A stretch of 64,000 nucleotides of DNA from an uncultured Thermoplasmata archaeon. GTDB taxonomy: Archaea; Thermoplasmatota; Thermoplasmata; UBA10834. The stretch lies in assembly GCA_963719945.1 (NCBI GenBank), contig CAVRDX010000001.1, forward strand, positions 640,001-704,000. Direction: 5' to 3'. The position numbers and the translations under genes are program-made. The notes below the pieces were generated by a model. It saw only the letters and a program-made list of their open reading frames with translations, ran no database searches and was not told where the DNA came from. Below are positions 19,323 through 30,260 of the stretch, one piece after another. How positions within the stretch are numbered: the stretch's first letter is position 1; each line of letters begins with the position of its first letter.

Positions 19323-19739
19323 GTGCGTTGTAGGGAATAGTTGTTTTTAATGCTTGTGGTACCACATTGCGGTACTGACGTCGACCATTCTATTGATTAG
19401 AGGGGTATCGATCACCAAATGGGTAATTGAACGACCGAGACCACAAGCAATTAGGAAACGCCATCTGGCATCGAGAATTCTCACGACCATCGGAACCCAG
19501 AGATGAATCCCCTCAAATCTTTGAGAGCAGAATAACCGAGATACCTTCGTTTGGACATAGTGCTGAACAGAGAATCAATCACACATCGCACTCTTCGCTC
19601 AACGACTATGGTCGACCGCTGCGTATGAAACCGTCCTCGTCCGAAAGAAGAAGGCATGGCGACCGAATCTCAATCAGACTGTATTTTGAAAAACATTAAG
19701 GGTCAATGAACCGTTGTGTACGTTGACGAGGCAATTAGA

Positions 19740-20957
19740 ATGGCTGCTGATTTCTCACACCACTTTTCCGAACGAGCCGGACAGATGAAGGCATCCGATG
19801 TGAGGGAACTCCTGAAACTACTCCAGATGCCAGACATGATCTCATTCGCGGGGGGTCTCCCTAGCGCTGAGACGTTCCCCGTGGAGATCATCATGGATAT
19901 CGTCAACGACGTCCTGAAGAGGAACGGGGACCAGATACTGCAGTATGGAATAACCGAAGGATACGCACCCTTGAGGGAATCCATCGCCAGTAGGATGGTC
20001 TCAAAGGGGATGGATGTGACCACGGACAATATCCTGGTCGTCAGCGGATCCCAGCAGGTGATCGATCTGACCGGCAAGGTGTTCATCAATCCCAAGGATA
20101 CTATCGTCGTCTCTGCACCGACCTACCTCGCAGCACTTACGGGGTTCAACACATACCAGGCATCTTACGAAGCGATACCGATTGATGATCATAACATGCG
20201 CATGGATATCTTCGAGGAAAGGATGAAGAAGCTGGCGGGAGAGGGCAATCACCCGAAACTGGTCTATGCCCTCCCGAACTTCCAGAATCCGTCAGGAGTC
20301 ACAATGCCCATGAAGAGCAGGAAAAGGCTCGTCGATATGGCTTCTGAATACGATTTCGTGATATTGGAGGACGACCCATATGGCGAGTTGAGGTACGTCG
20401 GAGACCATCTCCCGGCTCTGAAGACTTTTGACGATGAAGGCAGAGTCATATTCATGAGCACTTTTTCAAAAGTCCTGGCCCCTGGGCTAAGAATCGGGTG
20501 GGTCGTCGCTGACCCGAGCATACTCAAGAAACTGATCATAGCCAAGCAGTCGACGGATGTGTGCACGAGTGTTCTTGGACAAGCCATCGCACACGAGTAC
20601 ATGGCCCGAAAACTCATGGATAGACAGATCGAACAGATCAAGAAGGTCTACGGGGAGAAGCTGCGAATCATGCTTGACGCCATGCACGAGTTCGTGCCCG
20701 ACAGCATCAGGTGGACGAAACCTGAAGGCGGCATGTTCCTGTGGGCCACACTTCCAGACGGCATGCAATCACCGGACCTCCTGGAAAAAGCCCTGAAAAG
20801 AAAGGTCGCGTTCGTTTCCGGGAAGGCGTTCTTCCCGAACCCAAGTGACGGATTCAGCACAATGAGGTTGAACTTCACGTTCCCGTCGAACGAACAGATA
20901 ACCGAAGGAATACGACGGCTGGGCGAAGTCATGCACGACGAGCTTGGTCATCGATGA
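19740..20957 (+). CDS. PLP-dependent class I aminotransferase (LysN/ARO8-like)
   Basis: ISFAGGLP, QYGITEG, NFQNPSG, EDDPYGEL, STFSKVLAPGLRIGW, PEGGMFLW, RLNF. Confidence 0.93.
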   Translation: MAADFSHHFSERAGQMKASDVRELLKLLQMPDMISFAGGLPSAETFPVEIIMDIVNDVLKRNGDQILQYGITEGYAPLRESIASRMVSKGMDVTTDNILVVSGSQQVIDLTGKVFINPKDTIVVSAPTYLAALTGFNTYQASYEAIPIDDHNMRMDIFEERMKKLAGEGNHPKLVYALPNFQNPSGVTMPMKSRKRLVDMASEYDFVILEDDPYGELRYVGDHLPALKTFDDEGRVIFMSTFSKVLAPGLRIGWVVADPSILKKLIIAKQSTDVCTSVLGQAIAHEYMARKLMDRQIEQIKKVYGEKLRIMLDAMHEFVPDSIRWTKPEGGMFLWATLPDGMQSPDLLEKALKRKVAFVSGKAFFPNPSDGFSTMRLNFTFPSNEQITEGIRRLGEVMHDELGHR

Positions 20958-20964
20958 TCGTGAC

Positions 20965-21666
20965 CTAGAATACGTCTGCTCCGGCGTGCACGGTTATGCC
21001 CTTGTCGGATATCGAATAAGGCTTCACACGTCTGGAATGGCTCGTTCGACGCATCTTGAGCACCCTGATCGTGAGCTGCACCTCTCCGCCGTCTCTGTTC
21101 TCGTCCGATTGCAGCAGGACCACGCCGTCCGCGGTGTACTCCGCGAGACCATCCCTCGATGAGCGAGGATTATCGTCCCGAACCTCAGCGGTCAAGAGAG
21201 CAGTCGCACCTGTGCTCCTGAGGAGCTGGCAGAGATTGAAGAGGTTGGAGCGACGCTCTGTATCGTCTGTGAACATCATGTTGAGCAGTGAGACGGAATC
21301 TATCACGACTCTCTTCGCACCGAAAGTCTTGATGAACTTTGGGAGGTCGCTCTTTATCCGCGTGACCGTTGTCTTGGCATCCGAGGGCTCGAGTTTGAAC
21401 AGGCCCAACTTCTTCGTCTCGATGGCTTTCTCGAGGTCCCAGCCATATGAAGCCGCGTTCTTCGTGATGGATTCTTTGTCCTCCTCGAGTGATATGAACA
21501 TGCATGACTCACCGTTCTTGAGTCCCTCGATCAGGTACTGCAGACCGAATGTGGTCTTGCCGGTCCCGAAGGAACCCATGATTACGACTATGTGATTCTC
21601 TGGGAAGCCGCCCTGCAACATCTCATCGAGCCCATTTACACCAGTCTTCACCCTATTATCAGACAT
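20965..21666 (-). CDS. KaiC-domain ATPase with intact Walker A
   Basis: TGVNGLDEMLQGG, GSFGTGKTT, ISLEE, RVVIDS, EYTADGVV, VLKMR. Confidence 0.92.
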   Translation of the reverse strand: MSDNRVKTGVNGLDEMLQGGFPENHIVVIMGSFGTGKTTFGLQYLIEGLKNGESCMFISLEEDKESITKNAASYGWDLEKAIETKKLGLFKLEPSDAKTTVTRIKSDLPKFIKTFGAKRVVIDSVSLLNMMFTDDTERRSNLFNLCQLLRSTGATALLTAEVRDDNPRSSRDGLAEYTADGVVLLQSDENRDGGEVQLTIRVLKMRRTSHSRRVKPYSISDKGITVHAGADVF

Positions 21667-21671
21667 CTGGA

Positions 21672-22517
21672 TCACCCGACTCGTTCAGTATTTATCACGA
21701 CGAAGCCACTCTGCGAAGTTATGATCGTGGCAAACCTCGCAATCCTCTCCTGGTCCAGGTGGGCCAGCACACTCGTGAATTTCTCCACATACAAGTATCT
21801 CTGTCGTTTGGATGTATGATGGTACTTCGCCCATTCGAACTTGAGTACACCATCGACACTGTCGATCACTATCTGCTGGCGCCGTTTGTCGAGTATCTCA
21901 TCTGTTAGGATGATATAGAACACGGCCTCCCACTTCTTCGCCATCCTCTGTATCCCCTTCAGCAAAGACACAACATCCTCGAACTTGATCGCTTCCGAAA
22001 CAATCAGGTCTGTCAAGGAATCGATGATGACGAGGCTGTTGGGAGCGTTGGAATCCAGGAAGTTGACCAACGATTCCAGTACATTGTCGACCTTCACCTC
22101 GGAGAATAGATCCCCGTCCTCGGAGCCAGTCCATGACGTGGGAACGACTGTCCTCATGAAATAGCCCTTTGAGAAATCCTTGAACGTCAGACCAGATGAC
22201 AGAGATTCGAAGAAATCACGGTTGAATGATAGTTTGACCTCTCGCAGGATGTCATCCTTGGATCGAGAGAATGTTATGTAATTCAACTTCTCTGGAAGTA
22301 TCCCCGCCTTTCCAGCGTGTCCAAGCATGAACGACCGCGTCTCTGGAAACTCCTTCACAATCCCGATCTTTGCAGCGGATGTGAGCGCGAATTCATGACC
22401 GCCACCGCCGACATCGCCCAGCAACAGTACAACTGAGCCTGCCGGAAGACCTCCGCCGATTATCGAGTCGAAATCAGCAACACCCGTGGGTATTCTCTGT
22501 ACATCCCCTTCTGACAT
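21672..22517 (-). CDS. KaiC/RAD55-like protein with degenerate Walker A
   Basis: IPTGVADFDSIIGGGLPAGSVVLLLGDVGGGGHEF (no GKT/S), VIIDSLTDL, DGVLKFEW. Confidence 0.85.
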   Translation of the reverse strand: MSEGDVQRIPTGVADFDSIIGGGLPAGSVVLLLGDVGGGGHEFALTSAAKIGIVKEFPETRSFMLGHAGKAGILPEKLNYITFSRSKDDILREVKLSFNRDFFESLSSGLTFKDFSKGYFMRTVVPTSWTGSEDGDLFSEVKVDNVLESLVNFLDSNAPNSLVIIDSLTDLIVSEAIKFEDVVSLLKGIQRMAKKWEAVFYIILTDEILDKRRQQIVIDSVDGVLKFEWAKYHHTSKRQRYLYVEKFTSVLAHLDQERIARFATIITSQSGFVVINTERVG

Positions 22518-22624
22518 GAGAACGAAACATCGCATGCATGTTTGCGATAATGAAGCTTTTGGAGATGTCGACATATGCCAGCAGACACTAGAGCCATACA
22601 CTCTACCGTGCGTGTACATGCGGT

Positions 22625-23098
22625 CTAGTGATGCACGCGCACGAAGTCGAGGACCATCCGGAGAGCGGCCTCTGCGGATTGAATCCGTACAGCCTCGCGG
22701 TCTCCGCTGAATAAGTTGCGAGTGGACACCGAGGCCTTGTCCGAGCACACGCATATGAAAACCAGGCCCACAGGCTTAGTTTGCGTCCCGCCTGTCGGAC
22801 CAGCGATCCCAGTCGTCGATACGGCCACATCCGAAGAGAATCGCTTCATGCAACCTAGAGCCATCTGTACGGCGACCTCATCGCTGACAGCACCCTTCAA
22901 TGAGATTGATTCTGGATCGACAGACAGGATGCTAGCCTTCGCATCGTTGCTGTATGATATGACGCCACCGAGATAGTAATCGCTGCTTCCAGGCACGGCG
23001 GTTATCATATCTCCAATCTTACCACCAGTGCACGATTCTGCGGTGGACAATGTGAGCCCCTTTGATCTGAACACCTGGCCAAGGTCATCAGCGAGCAT
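22625..23098 (-). CDS. cinA: CinA C-terminal family nicotinamide-nucleotide amidohydrolase (PncC)
   Basis: AESCTGG, PGSSDYY-GG--SYSN-AK, GAVS, TTGIAGPTGG---KPVGLV. Confidence 0.93.
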   Translation of the reverse strand: MLADDLGQVFRSKGLTLSTAESCTGGKIGDMITAVPGSSDYYLGGVISYSNDAKASILSVDPESISLKGAVSDEVAVQMALGCMKRFSSDVAVSTTGIAGPTGGTQTKPVGLVFICVCSDKASVSTRNLFSGDREAVRIQSAEAALRMVLDFVRVHH

Positions 23099-23627
23099 CC
23101 CCACCGCCTCGGGACCTCTTGCGCGTGTACATTCCAGCATCCAGCAACCTCTGGCGACCATCGAGGCCATCTATCATCTGCGCCACTGGCGAGGGGACCA
23201 GATGGTTCCATTTCTCCCCTGTGGCGATCCTTCGACGTATCTCCGTTCCAGAATAGTTCTTCGAGTTGTAACTCTTGGTCTTTCTCGACTCATACCCCGC
23301 AGCCGAGAACAGAGATCGTGTGAGTTCGCTGTTGGAGAACACAAGGTCGAACGGAGGAACATACGATTCCACATGATTGACCCATGCAGCATACCTGTTC
23401 ACATCTCGAATGGGTATTATATGTATACGGGAACGTTCTTCGTCGCTGAAGGAGGATATCAGCATCTGATACCTTTCTCCAGCAGTGAACGGATTCTCAG
23501 ATGTGTGTGACAATTCCGCGCTGCCGATGACAACAATGAGGTCATCACACTTGGTCAACGCTTCGCGAATCGCTGCCTGGTGGCCCTTATGAAACGGCTG
23601 AAATCGCCCTATCACAAGCCCCCGCAC
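23088..23627 (-). CDS. nadM: Archaeal nicotinamide-nucleotide adenylyltransferase
   Basis: GRFQPFHKGH, IGSA--SH---NPFTAGER, SGTEIRRR. Confidence 0.94.
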   Translation of the reverse strand: MRGLVIGRFQPFHKGHQAAIREALTKCDDLIVVIGSAELSHTSENPFTAGERYQMLISSFSDEERSRIHIIPIRDVNRYAAWVNHVESYVPPFDLVFSNSELTRSLFSAAGYESRKTKSYNSKNYSGTEIRRRIATGEKWNHLVPSPVAQMIDGLDGRQRLLDAGMYTRKRSRGGGDAR

Positions 23628-23642
23628 GATAAAGAACCTCCA

Positions 23643-25622
23643 TCAATTGACCACGGGCCGATCCGAAACGGCAACTGGGGCAGCTTTCGGACCGTGCTTT
23701 CCCGCAACCAGCAATGCTAGTTTCTTCAGAAGGCCCTCTTTCCTGGCGCCGACCAACGCGTGAACCAATACATCGTTCAGGACGCGTACTGGTATGACCT
23801 CGATCTTGTCGATGTATTTGTCTTCGAGCAGCACATCCCTCATGTTCTGCTCTGGTATCAGGACCTTCTTCAGGCCCATCTCGGCTGCCGCCTCTATCTT
23901 CGCAGTGACTCCACCGACGGGAAGGACCTGACCTCTTACGCTCAGGCTTCCAGTCATAGCCACGGTCTGGTCGACTTCTATCTCCTCGAACGCGGATATC
24001 ACTGCGGTAGCTACGGCTATCGACGCGCTATCGCCCTCTATGCCATCATATGTGCCTATGAACTGGACATGAATGTCGTGGTTGCTGATGTCTTCACCAG
24101 TGTACTTCTTGATGAGTGCGGACACATTCTGAACCGATTCCCGAGCTATCTCGCCGAGCTTTCCAGTCGCTATGATCTTGCCACCCTCCCTGTTCTGGGG
24201 TGGCGTCACCTCGGCCACGATCGGAGTGACTATACCAGAATACTCAGCCAAAGAGGAATCCGAGTTCAATACAGCCAATCCATTGACTATCCCGATCGCC
24301 GACCCCTCTGTAAGTGATGTCTTGTAATCCTTTCTGCGTTCGACGGCCCTGTCAGTAACCTGTTGCTCCAACGAGCGCGCGATGTTCTTCGCCTCGGCCA
24401 CGTGGTGTGCCTCGACCACGCGGTCCCCGCGTTCAATCGCGATGTCACCTGCAACTCTCACAAGGCCCCCGAGTTCCCTCAGCCTCAATGTCAGCATGCC
24501 CCTTCTACCTGCACGCCTCTGCGCCTCACGTATGATTTCCGCGACAGCCCCTTTGCTGAAGTGAGGTATCTTCTTATCCTTAGTGACTTCCTGTGCAACG
24601 AACCTGATGAGATTATCGCGATTCGCTTCAGTATCGGACATTGTGCTGCGCATGTAAATCTCATAGCCATAGCCGCGTATCCTCGATCGGAGGGCGGGAT
24701 GCATTCCGGACACGGCATCGAGGTTTCCCGCTGCCACCAGAATGAAATCACAAGGAGCAGGCTCGCTCTTGACCATCGCGCCTGAGCTCCTCTCACTCTG
24801 TCCGAGTATGCTGAATTCGCCCTCCTGCAGGGCGGTCAGAAGGCTCTGCTGACTCTCTATCCGCAACAGGTTTATCTCGTCGATGAACAGGACACCTTTG
24901 CTTGCCTTGTGGATAGCGCCCGGTTCGAGCCTTTCGTGCGCAGGGGTCTCGAGCCCGCCACTCTGGAACGGATCGTGTTTCACATCTCCGAGAAGCGAAC
25001 CCGCATGTGCGCCCGTCGCATCTATGAACGGTGGCGGCTCATCCGGTCGATGAGATATGAGAAGTTTGGGAATCATCAGCATTTCCTTGCGCTGACCAGT
25101 GTACCTGAATATCATGAAGAGCAGGAATGCGCCGATTATACCGATCAAGAAGAGCGTGGCGTCCCCGGTTATGAACCACATTATCACAGACATCGCCACG
25201 AACATGAACATCAAACCGAATATCCATGAATTCTTCTGTGCCTTCTTCTGCTCCGCCTCCAGTTTCTGCGCCTGGACAATCTCTCTGCCCTTCCCTGCGG
25301 GAACCAGTCGTATCTTCGGTTCATTAGGGTCATCAGGGTTGTGATACCCTATGACATCCTGCAGTTCCCCCTTGGGAAGGAAATCGACCATCGAACGCGC
25401 GAGCATGGATTTGCCCGTGCCAGGATCGCCGATCAGGATAACATGCCGCTTCTGCTCTGCGGCCTTCCGGATTATCTTCACCGCATCCTCTTGACCGAGC
25501 ACTTGATCTACGAGCTTCGGAGGTATCGCTATATCGGCTGTGGTCTCGAAGGTCTGAGACTTGACCCAATCTTCAATGTCAGGGAGGCCCAGTTCTGAGG
25601 CCTTAGAATTTCGGTCTGCCAT
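23643..25622 (-). CDS. lonB: Membrane-anchored ATP-dependent protease LonB
   Basis: GDPGTGKS, two-TM insert, [24 protein letters not shown] (catalytic Ser), PVGGVTAK (catalytic Lys). Confidence 0.96.
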   Translation of the reverse strand: MADRNSKASELGLPDIEDWVKSQTFETTADIAIPPKLVDQVLGQEDAVKIIRKAAEQKRHVILIGDPGTGKSMLARSMVDFLPKGELQDVIGYHNPDDPNEPKIRLVPAGKGREIVQAQKLEAEQKKAQKNSWIFGLMFMFVAMSVIMWFITGDATLFLIGIIGAFLLFMIFRYTGQRKEMLMIPKLLISHRPDEPPPFIDATGAHAGSLLGDVKHDPFQSGGLETPAHERLEPGAIHKASKGVLFIDEINLLRIESQQSLLTALQEGEFSILGQSERSSGAMVKSEPAPCDFILVAAGNLDAVSGMHPALRSRIRGYGYEIYMRSTMSDTEANRDNLIRFVAQEVTKDKKIPHFSKGAVAEIIREAQRRAGRRGMLTLRLRELGGLVRVAGDIAIERGDRVVEAHHVAEAKNIARSLEQQVTDRAVERRKDYKTSLTEGSAIGIVNGLAVLNSDSSLAEYSGIVTPIVAEVTPPQNREGGKIIATGKLGEIARESVQNVSALIKKYTGEDISNHDIHVQFIGTYDGIEGDSASIAVATAVISAFEEIEVDQTVAMTGSLSVRGQVLPVGGVTAKIEAAAEMGLKKVLIPEQNMRDVLLEDKYIDKIEVIPVRVLNDVLVHALVGARKEGLLKKLALLVAGKHGPKAAPVAVSDRPVVN

Positions 25623-25768
25623 CGGCTGCACCAGTATCAGTCAAAGCTATTAAGTCGGTGCTAAATAAGCGTTGCGCCGTGAGTCCTGATGTTGTTGCGC
25701 AAGCCAGTACATTGGAACCATTCATCGCACCGAAGACTGCATGCACTTGCGATAGGGCATGCCATAAG

Positions 25769-25776
25769 TATATAAA
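25769..25776 (+). promoter_or_regulatory. Probable TATA box for hel308
   Basis: TATATAAA about 50 bp upstream of the ATG, in the divergent lonB/hel308 spacer. Confidence 0.45.
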
Positions 25777-25824
25777 ACCTGGAATCAAGAAGGTCCGGAC
25801 CTACGACCTGGAAGGCAACATAGA

Positions 25825-27999
25825 ATGATGATAGAAGAATTGGGCTTGGACCCGAGGATAACTAAGAAACTCCATGAACAAGGGATCACAGAGCTGTATC
25901 CGCCGCAAGAAGAGGCCATAGGCCCAGCGCTCAATGGAGACAACCTGGTACTTGCCGTGCCGACAGCGTCTGGAAAGAGCCTCATAGCGTACCTTGCCAT
26001 GCTGCAGGCCGTTCTGAAAGGAGGCAAGGCCTTGTACATAGTGCCACTCAAGGCGCTTGCGTCCGAGAAGTACGAAGACCTGGCTAAGTTCTCTGACCTT
26101 GGAATAACCGTTGCAGAATCCACAGGGGATTACGATGAGGTCGACCCCAAGCTCCAGAGATATGACATTGTGGTCGCCACCTCTGAGAAGGCAGACTCCC
26201 TCCTCAGACACAGGACGAAGTGGATCGACCAGCTGTCAGTGGTCGTGGCAGACGAGGTACATCTCCTGAACGACCCTGAGAGAGGACCTACGATGGAGGT
26301 CATCCTCGCAAAATTCAAGACTTTCAACTCAAGAGCCCAGCTGATTGCACTATCTGCGACCATAAAGAACGCCGATGAACTCTCAGGTTGGCTCGATGCC
26401 AAGCTAGTGACGAGTGACTGGAGACCTGTACCTCTTAGAGAGGGGGTCTATGTCAATGGTGAGGTCTTCTTCACAGACAATTCCAAGAAGAAGCTCGAAG
26501 AGGATGAATCCCCCGTCAAGGAGATAGTCAAGGACGCAATCAAAGCCGGAGGACAGTGCATAGTGTTCGTCAACACAAGGAAATCCACTGAGTCGCTCGC
26601 CCTCGAACTGGGCAAGCTGACCAAATCATTGCGGCCACAGGCCGCGAACGAACTCACACGGATCTCTAAGAGGGTTGTGGGAGAACAGGATGAGCCCACG
26701 ACGATGGGAGCCAAGCTGGGAAAGTGTATACGTAATGGATGTTCGTTCCATCATGCAGGGCTGACTTCGTCCCAGAGGCGGATTGTCGAATCCGCATTCA
26801 GGGAAGGTCACCTTGGGTGCATAGTCGCCACTCCGACACTCGCTGCAGGCATCAACCTGCCCGCGAGGACTGTAATCGTAAGGGACCTTCGTAGGTTCGA
26901 TGCCAATGTCGGATATGCCTCGCTTCCGGTGCTCGAGGTCAAACAGATGTGCGGAAGGGCTGGGCGGCCCAGGTTCGACCCATACGGAGAGGCCATCCTA
27001 ATCGCAAGGGACGAAGAAGAACGATACTTGCTCATGGACAATTACCTCCTGGGCGAGAGCGAGAGCATTTTCTCCAAGCTCGGGACTGAGCCCGCCATGC
27101 GATCACATCTACTTGCGCTCATCGCGACCAGTGATGTGAGGACGCTCGAGGAGTTGGAATCGTTCTTCAGCAAAACATTCCTCTCGCACCAGATGGATAC
27201 GCCGTACTTGGCCGAGACCATAGAACGAATCCTCGAATTCTTGAAGGAGGAGGATATGGTCGTTGATGAGGACGGGATCCTCAGAGCGACCCAGTTCGGG
27301 AAGAGGGTCAGCGACCTCTATATCGACCCGAAGTCGGCGATCATAATGCGGGACGCGCTAGAGAAGTACAAAGGGGGACCGACCTTCGGACTCCTGCATG
27401 CCATATGCTCCGTGCCAGATATGCCACTCCTGTACCTCAGGAAATCCGATTATGAATGGACTGAGGAGTTCCTAAACGAGGTGCAAGACCAGCTGATACT
27501 TGAACCACCCACTGACCTCACCCAGTACGAGGGTTTCCTATCGGAGCTGAAGACCGCCAAACTCATCCTCGACTGGTCATCCGAGGTCCATGAGAACGAG
27601 ATAGCGGACAAGTTCGGGATCGGACCCGGGGACATAAGGAACAAGGCCGAGATGGCGGAATGGCTCGCTCACTCGATGAGGAGATTATCAGAGCTGTTCA
27701 ACAAGGACGCTCGCGCAGAATGTGAGGAAATAGTCGTGAGGATCAAGTACGGTATCCTCCCTGAACTGCTGGACCTCGTCCGCCTCAGAGGTCTGGGGCG
27801 AGTTCGCGCCCGCGCACTCTATGCGCGTGGCATCGGATCCATCGAGGACCTCAGGAATACGAGCTACGACAGACTTAAGCAGATACCGACGATTGGGGAA
27901 GCTGTCGCGAGGGCGATAAAGGACCAACTGGGGCAGACTGACCCAACAATGCCCGCACTGACTGAGGACGGACAGCGCTCACTCGTGGACTTCAGATAG
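25825..27999 (+). CDS. hel308: Hel308/Ski2-like SF2 DNA helicase
   Basis: LYPPQ, PTASGKS, DEVH, LSAT, WRPVPL, FHHAGL, TPTLAAGINLPA, QMCGRAGRP, C-terminal HhH. Confidence 0.95.
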   Translation: MMIEELGLDPRITKKLHEQGITELYPPQEEAIGPALNGDNLVLAVPTASGKSLIAYLAMLQAVLKGGKALYIVPLKALASEKYEDLAKFSDLGITVAESTGDYDEVDPKLQRYDIVVATSEKADSLLRHRTKWIDQLSVVVADEVHLLNDPERGPTMEVILAKFKTFNSRAQLIALSATIKNADELSGWLDAKLVTSDWRPVPLREGVYVNGEVFFTDNSKKKLEEDESPVKEIVKDAIKAGGQCIVFVNTRKSTESLALELGKLTKSLRPQAANELTRISKRVVGEQDEPTTMGAKLGKCIRNGCSFHHAGLTSSQRRIVESAFREGHLGCIVATPTLAAGINLPARTVIVRDLRRFDANVGYASLPVLEVKQMCGRAGRPRFDPYGEAILIARDEEERYLLMDNYLLGESESIFSKLGTEPAMRSHLLALIATSDVRTLEELESFFSKTFLSHQMDTPYLAETIERILEFLKEEDMVVDEDGILRATQFGKRVSDLYIDPKSAIIMRDALEKYKGGPTFGLLHAICSVPDMPLLYLRKSDYEWTEEFLNEVQDQLILEPPTDLTQYEGFLSELKTAKLILDWSSEVHENEIADKFGIGPGDIRNKAEMAEWLAHSMRRLSELFNKDARAECEEIVVRIKYGILPELLDLVRLRGLGRVRARALYARGIGSIEDLRNTSYDRLKQIPTIGEAVARAIKDQLGQTDPTMPALTEDGQRSLVDFR

Positions 28000-28009
28000 A
28001 TGGACAGGC

Positions 28010-28522
28010 ATGGTGATTATGGGCATGACAATGGAGACCTCCGTTTGGGTCGCCAAGACCGAGCCAGGACGGGCCAAGGAAGACATGAGAAGGATTCTCG
28101 ATAAGGCCAGTTCAATCGGCGCAGAGGTGCTGATTGTGGATGCGGACATGGTCTTCGGAAGTGACCATGTGAGAAGTGCGGCATACCATGCTCGGAAGGC
28201 CATTGATGAGAAAAGAAACTCCGCGGATTCGCTCGCGATGGAGACATTGCTATATGCTTCCGGTCAGAGACAGCTAAGCGGCGCGATAGACAAGATGTCG
28301 GTGACTGGGGATACAGAAAGGATCGTGATTGCCCAGCTCTCCGGACCAGCCATCATCCCCGAAAAGGGTTGGAAGTCTATGGGACCTCTTGACAAGGATG
28401 TCTCGCCGGAAAGACTTCTCAAGTACGGAGTGTCTGATCGGGAGCAGGCGACCATAGGCAGCAGAAACCCATTGGAGATCGTCCTCGAGAAGGTCGCTTC
28501 GGTTGACATTATGAAGAAGTGA
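28010..28522 (+). CDS. cgi121: KEOPS complex subunit Cgi121
   Basis: DADMVFG-DH--SA--HA, N-A-SL-ME-LLYASG-RQL--AI, VLEKVA; typical position after hel308. Confidence 0.88.
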   Translation: MVIMGMTMETSVWVAKTEPGRAKEDMRRILDKASSIGAEVLIVDADMVFGSDHVRSAAYHARKAIDEKRNSADSLAMETLLYASGQRQLSGAIDKMSVTGDTERIVIAQLSGPAIIPEKGWKSMGPLDKDVSPERLLKYGVSDREQATIGSRNPLEIVLEKVASVDIMKK

Positions 28523-28592
28523 AGGCGCCTCAAACGAGCGATGGTGTATTATAAAAGCTACCTAGTCAATTCACATGAACGGTCCGATTGAC

Positions 28593-29492
28593 ATGGCATC
28601 CATCATAGAGTGCGTCCCGAACTTCAGCGAAGGGCGCAGGAAGAGAGTTGTTGACAACATAGTCCATTCGATTCGATCCGTCCCAGGGACCAAGGTCCTC
28701 GATGTGGAGATGGACGCTGACCACAATAGGAGCGTGGTCACTTTCACGGGCAACAAGGAGAGCATCCAGGAGAGTTCCTTCAGAGCAGCCAGGGCCGCCT
28801 CCGAACATATAGATCTTACAAAGCACACGGGAGAGCACCCGAGGATGGGAGCATTGGACGTGCTCCCTTTCGTTCCGATCTCAGGAGTAACCATCGAGGA
28901 CTGCGTTGAGATCGCGAATATTGTGGGCGCGCGTATCGGCAAAGACTTGCAGATACCGGTATATATGTACGAAGCGGCAGCCAGACGTCCTGAAAGAACC
29001 AACCTAGAGAATGTCAGAAGAGGGCAGTTCGAGGGTCTTAGGGAAGCCATACTCACAGACGATTCGAAGTATCCGGATTATGGTCCAAGAAAGGTGCATC
29101 CGACCGCAGGTGCGACTGCAGTAGGCGCGCGCATGCCCCTCATAGCATTCAATGTGAACCTCAAGACAGAGGACATAGAAATCGCGAAAGCCATCGCGAA
29201 GAAGATCAGGGCAAGCAGCGGGGGTATGCCACATGTCAAAGCACTCGGGTTCATGCTCAAGGAGAAGAGGATGGCGCAGGTATCCATGAATCTAACAGAC
29301 TACACAGTCACTCCAATTTCAAAAGTCTTCATGGAAGTCAAGAAGGAAGCTGAGGCGCATGGAATCGAGGTAGCGGAGAGCGAGATAATCGGTCTGATAC
29401 CGCTCGATGCAGTCTGCGACCTCGCTGCCAGGTTCCTGAAGATAGGCAATTTTGCCAGCAACCAGGTTCTTGAAAGGAGGATCTGGGGTTGA
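28593..29492 (+). CDS. ftcd: Glutamate formiminotransferase
   Basis: IECVPNFSEGR, DADHNRSVVT, H-GEHPRMGALDV-PFVP, GARMPLIAFN, QVSMNL. Confidence 0.95.
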   Translation: MASIIECVPNFSEGRRKRVVDNIVHSIRSVPGTKVLDVEMDADHNRSVVTFTGNKESIQESSFRAARAASEHIDLTKHTGEHPRMGALDVLPFVPISGVTIEDCVEIANIVGARIGKDLQIPVYMYEAAARRPERTNLENVRRGQFEGLREAILTDDSKYPDYGPRKVHPTAGATAVGARMPLIAFNVNLKTEDIEIAKAIAKKIRASSGGMPHVKALGFMLKEKRMAQVSMNLTDYTVTPISKVFMEVKKEAEAHGIEVAESEIIGLIPLDAVCDLAARFLKIGNFASNQVLERRIWG

Positions 29493-30112
29493 ACACTCTG
29501 GAAGAATTGAGGGCGTTCTGCAAAGACCTCTCCTCAGACCTGCCAGCACCAGGTGGTGGCACCGCATCCGCCGCAGCGGGATGCATGAGCGCCTCGCTGC
29601 TAGCCATGGTCTGCGGTATCAGTCTCAAGAACCGAAAGCTCGAGGACCACTGGTCAGCGCTCCTGAATGAGAAGGCAAAGGCTGAAGTCCTCAGAGACAA
29701 GCTCTTGGAACTCTGCGTAAAGGACTCTGCTGCATATTCTGAACTGGCGGTTGCTTTCAAGCGAGCCAGGGAGATGAAGGAGGACAAGGAGGCCTCATCG
29801 GCCCGCGAAACTGCCCTAAGAAATGCCGCGGACATACCCCTGGAAACCGCAAGGACCTGCCTCCAACTCCTTACGATGTCGAAGATGGTCGCTCAGATAG
29901 GGACCAGGAATGCATCCTCAGATGTCGAGGTCGCGATAGAACTCGCGGAGGCGGGTCTGAGAGGTGCTGCTGCCAATGTGCGAATCAACCTGGCATCATG
30001 TGAGGATGCGGAGTACAAGTCTCGGAGAGAAGCCGAGATCTCGTCGCTTCTGAGAGTAGCAGAGGACATGCGTGAGAGCGCTCTCAAGAAGCTTCGGCCT
30101 CAAAGTCTTTAA
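29489..30112 (+). CDS. Formiminotetrahydrofolate cyclodeaminase (FTCD C-terminal family)
   Basis: LSS--PAPGGGTASA, D--AY, P-ET, N--SD--VA, NVRINL. Confidence 0.9.
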   Translation: MNTLEELRAFCKDLSSDLPAPGGGTASAAAGCMSASLLAMVCGISLKNRKLEDHWSALLNEKAKAEVLRDKLLELCVKDSAAYSELAVAFKRAREMKEDKEASSARETALRNAADIPLETARTCLQLLTMSKMVAQIGTRNASSDVEVAIELAEAGLRGAAANVRINLASCEDAEYKSRREAEISSLLRVAEDMRESALKKLRPQSL

Positions 30113-30260
30113 GCTTACTGGCCCGGAAAATCCACATGAACGTATCATTATTGATAGAGGCAGCGATACCTTTAAGACCGTTAAATAAAATGGGAACATG
30201 TAATATATGCTGTGCCAGCAGAGCCCCCTTTCACGCTAGGTACGAGGAGCCCGGTTCATC

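Noticed and set aside
19323-19739. ~420-bp spacer containing the 90-aa ORF 19427-19699
   Set aside because: The ORF has non-protein-like composition and no SD. I found no recognisable gene remnant, RNA fold or repeat on either strand.
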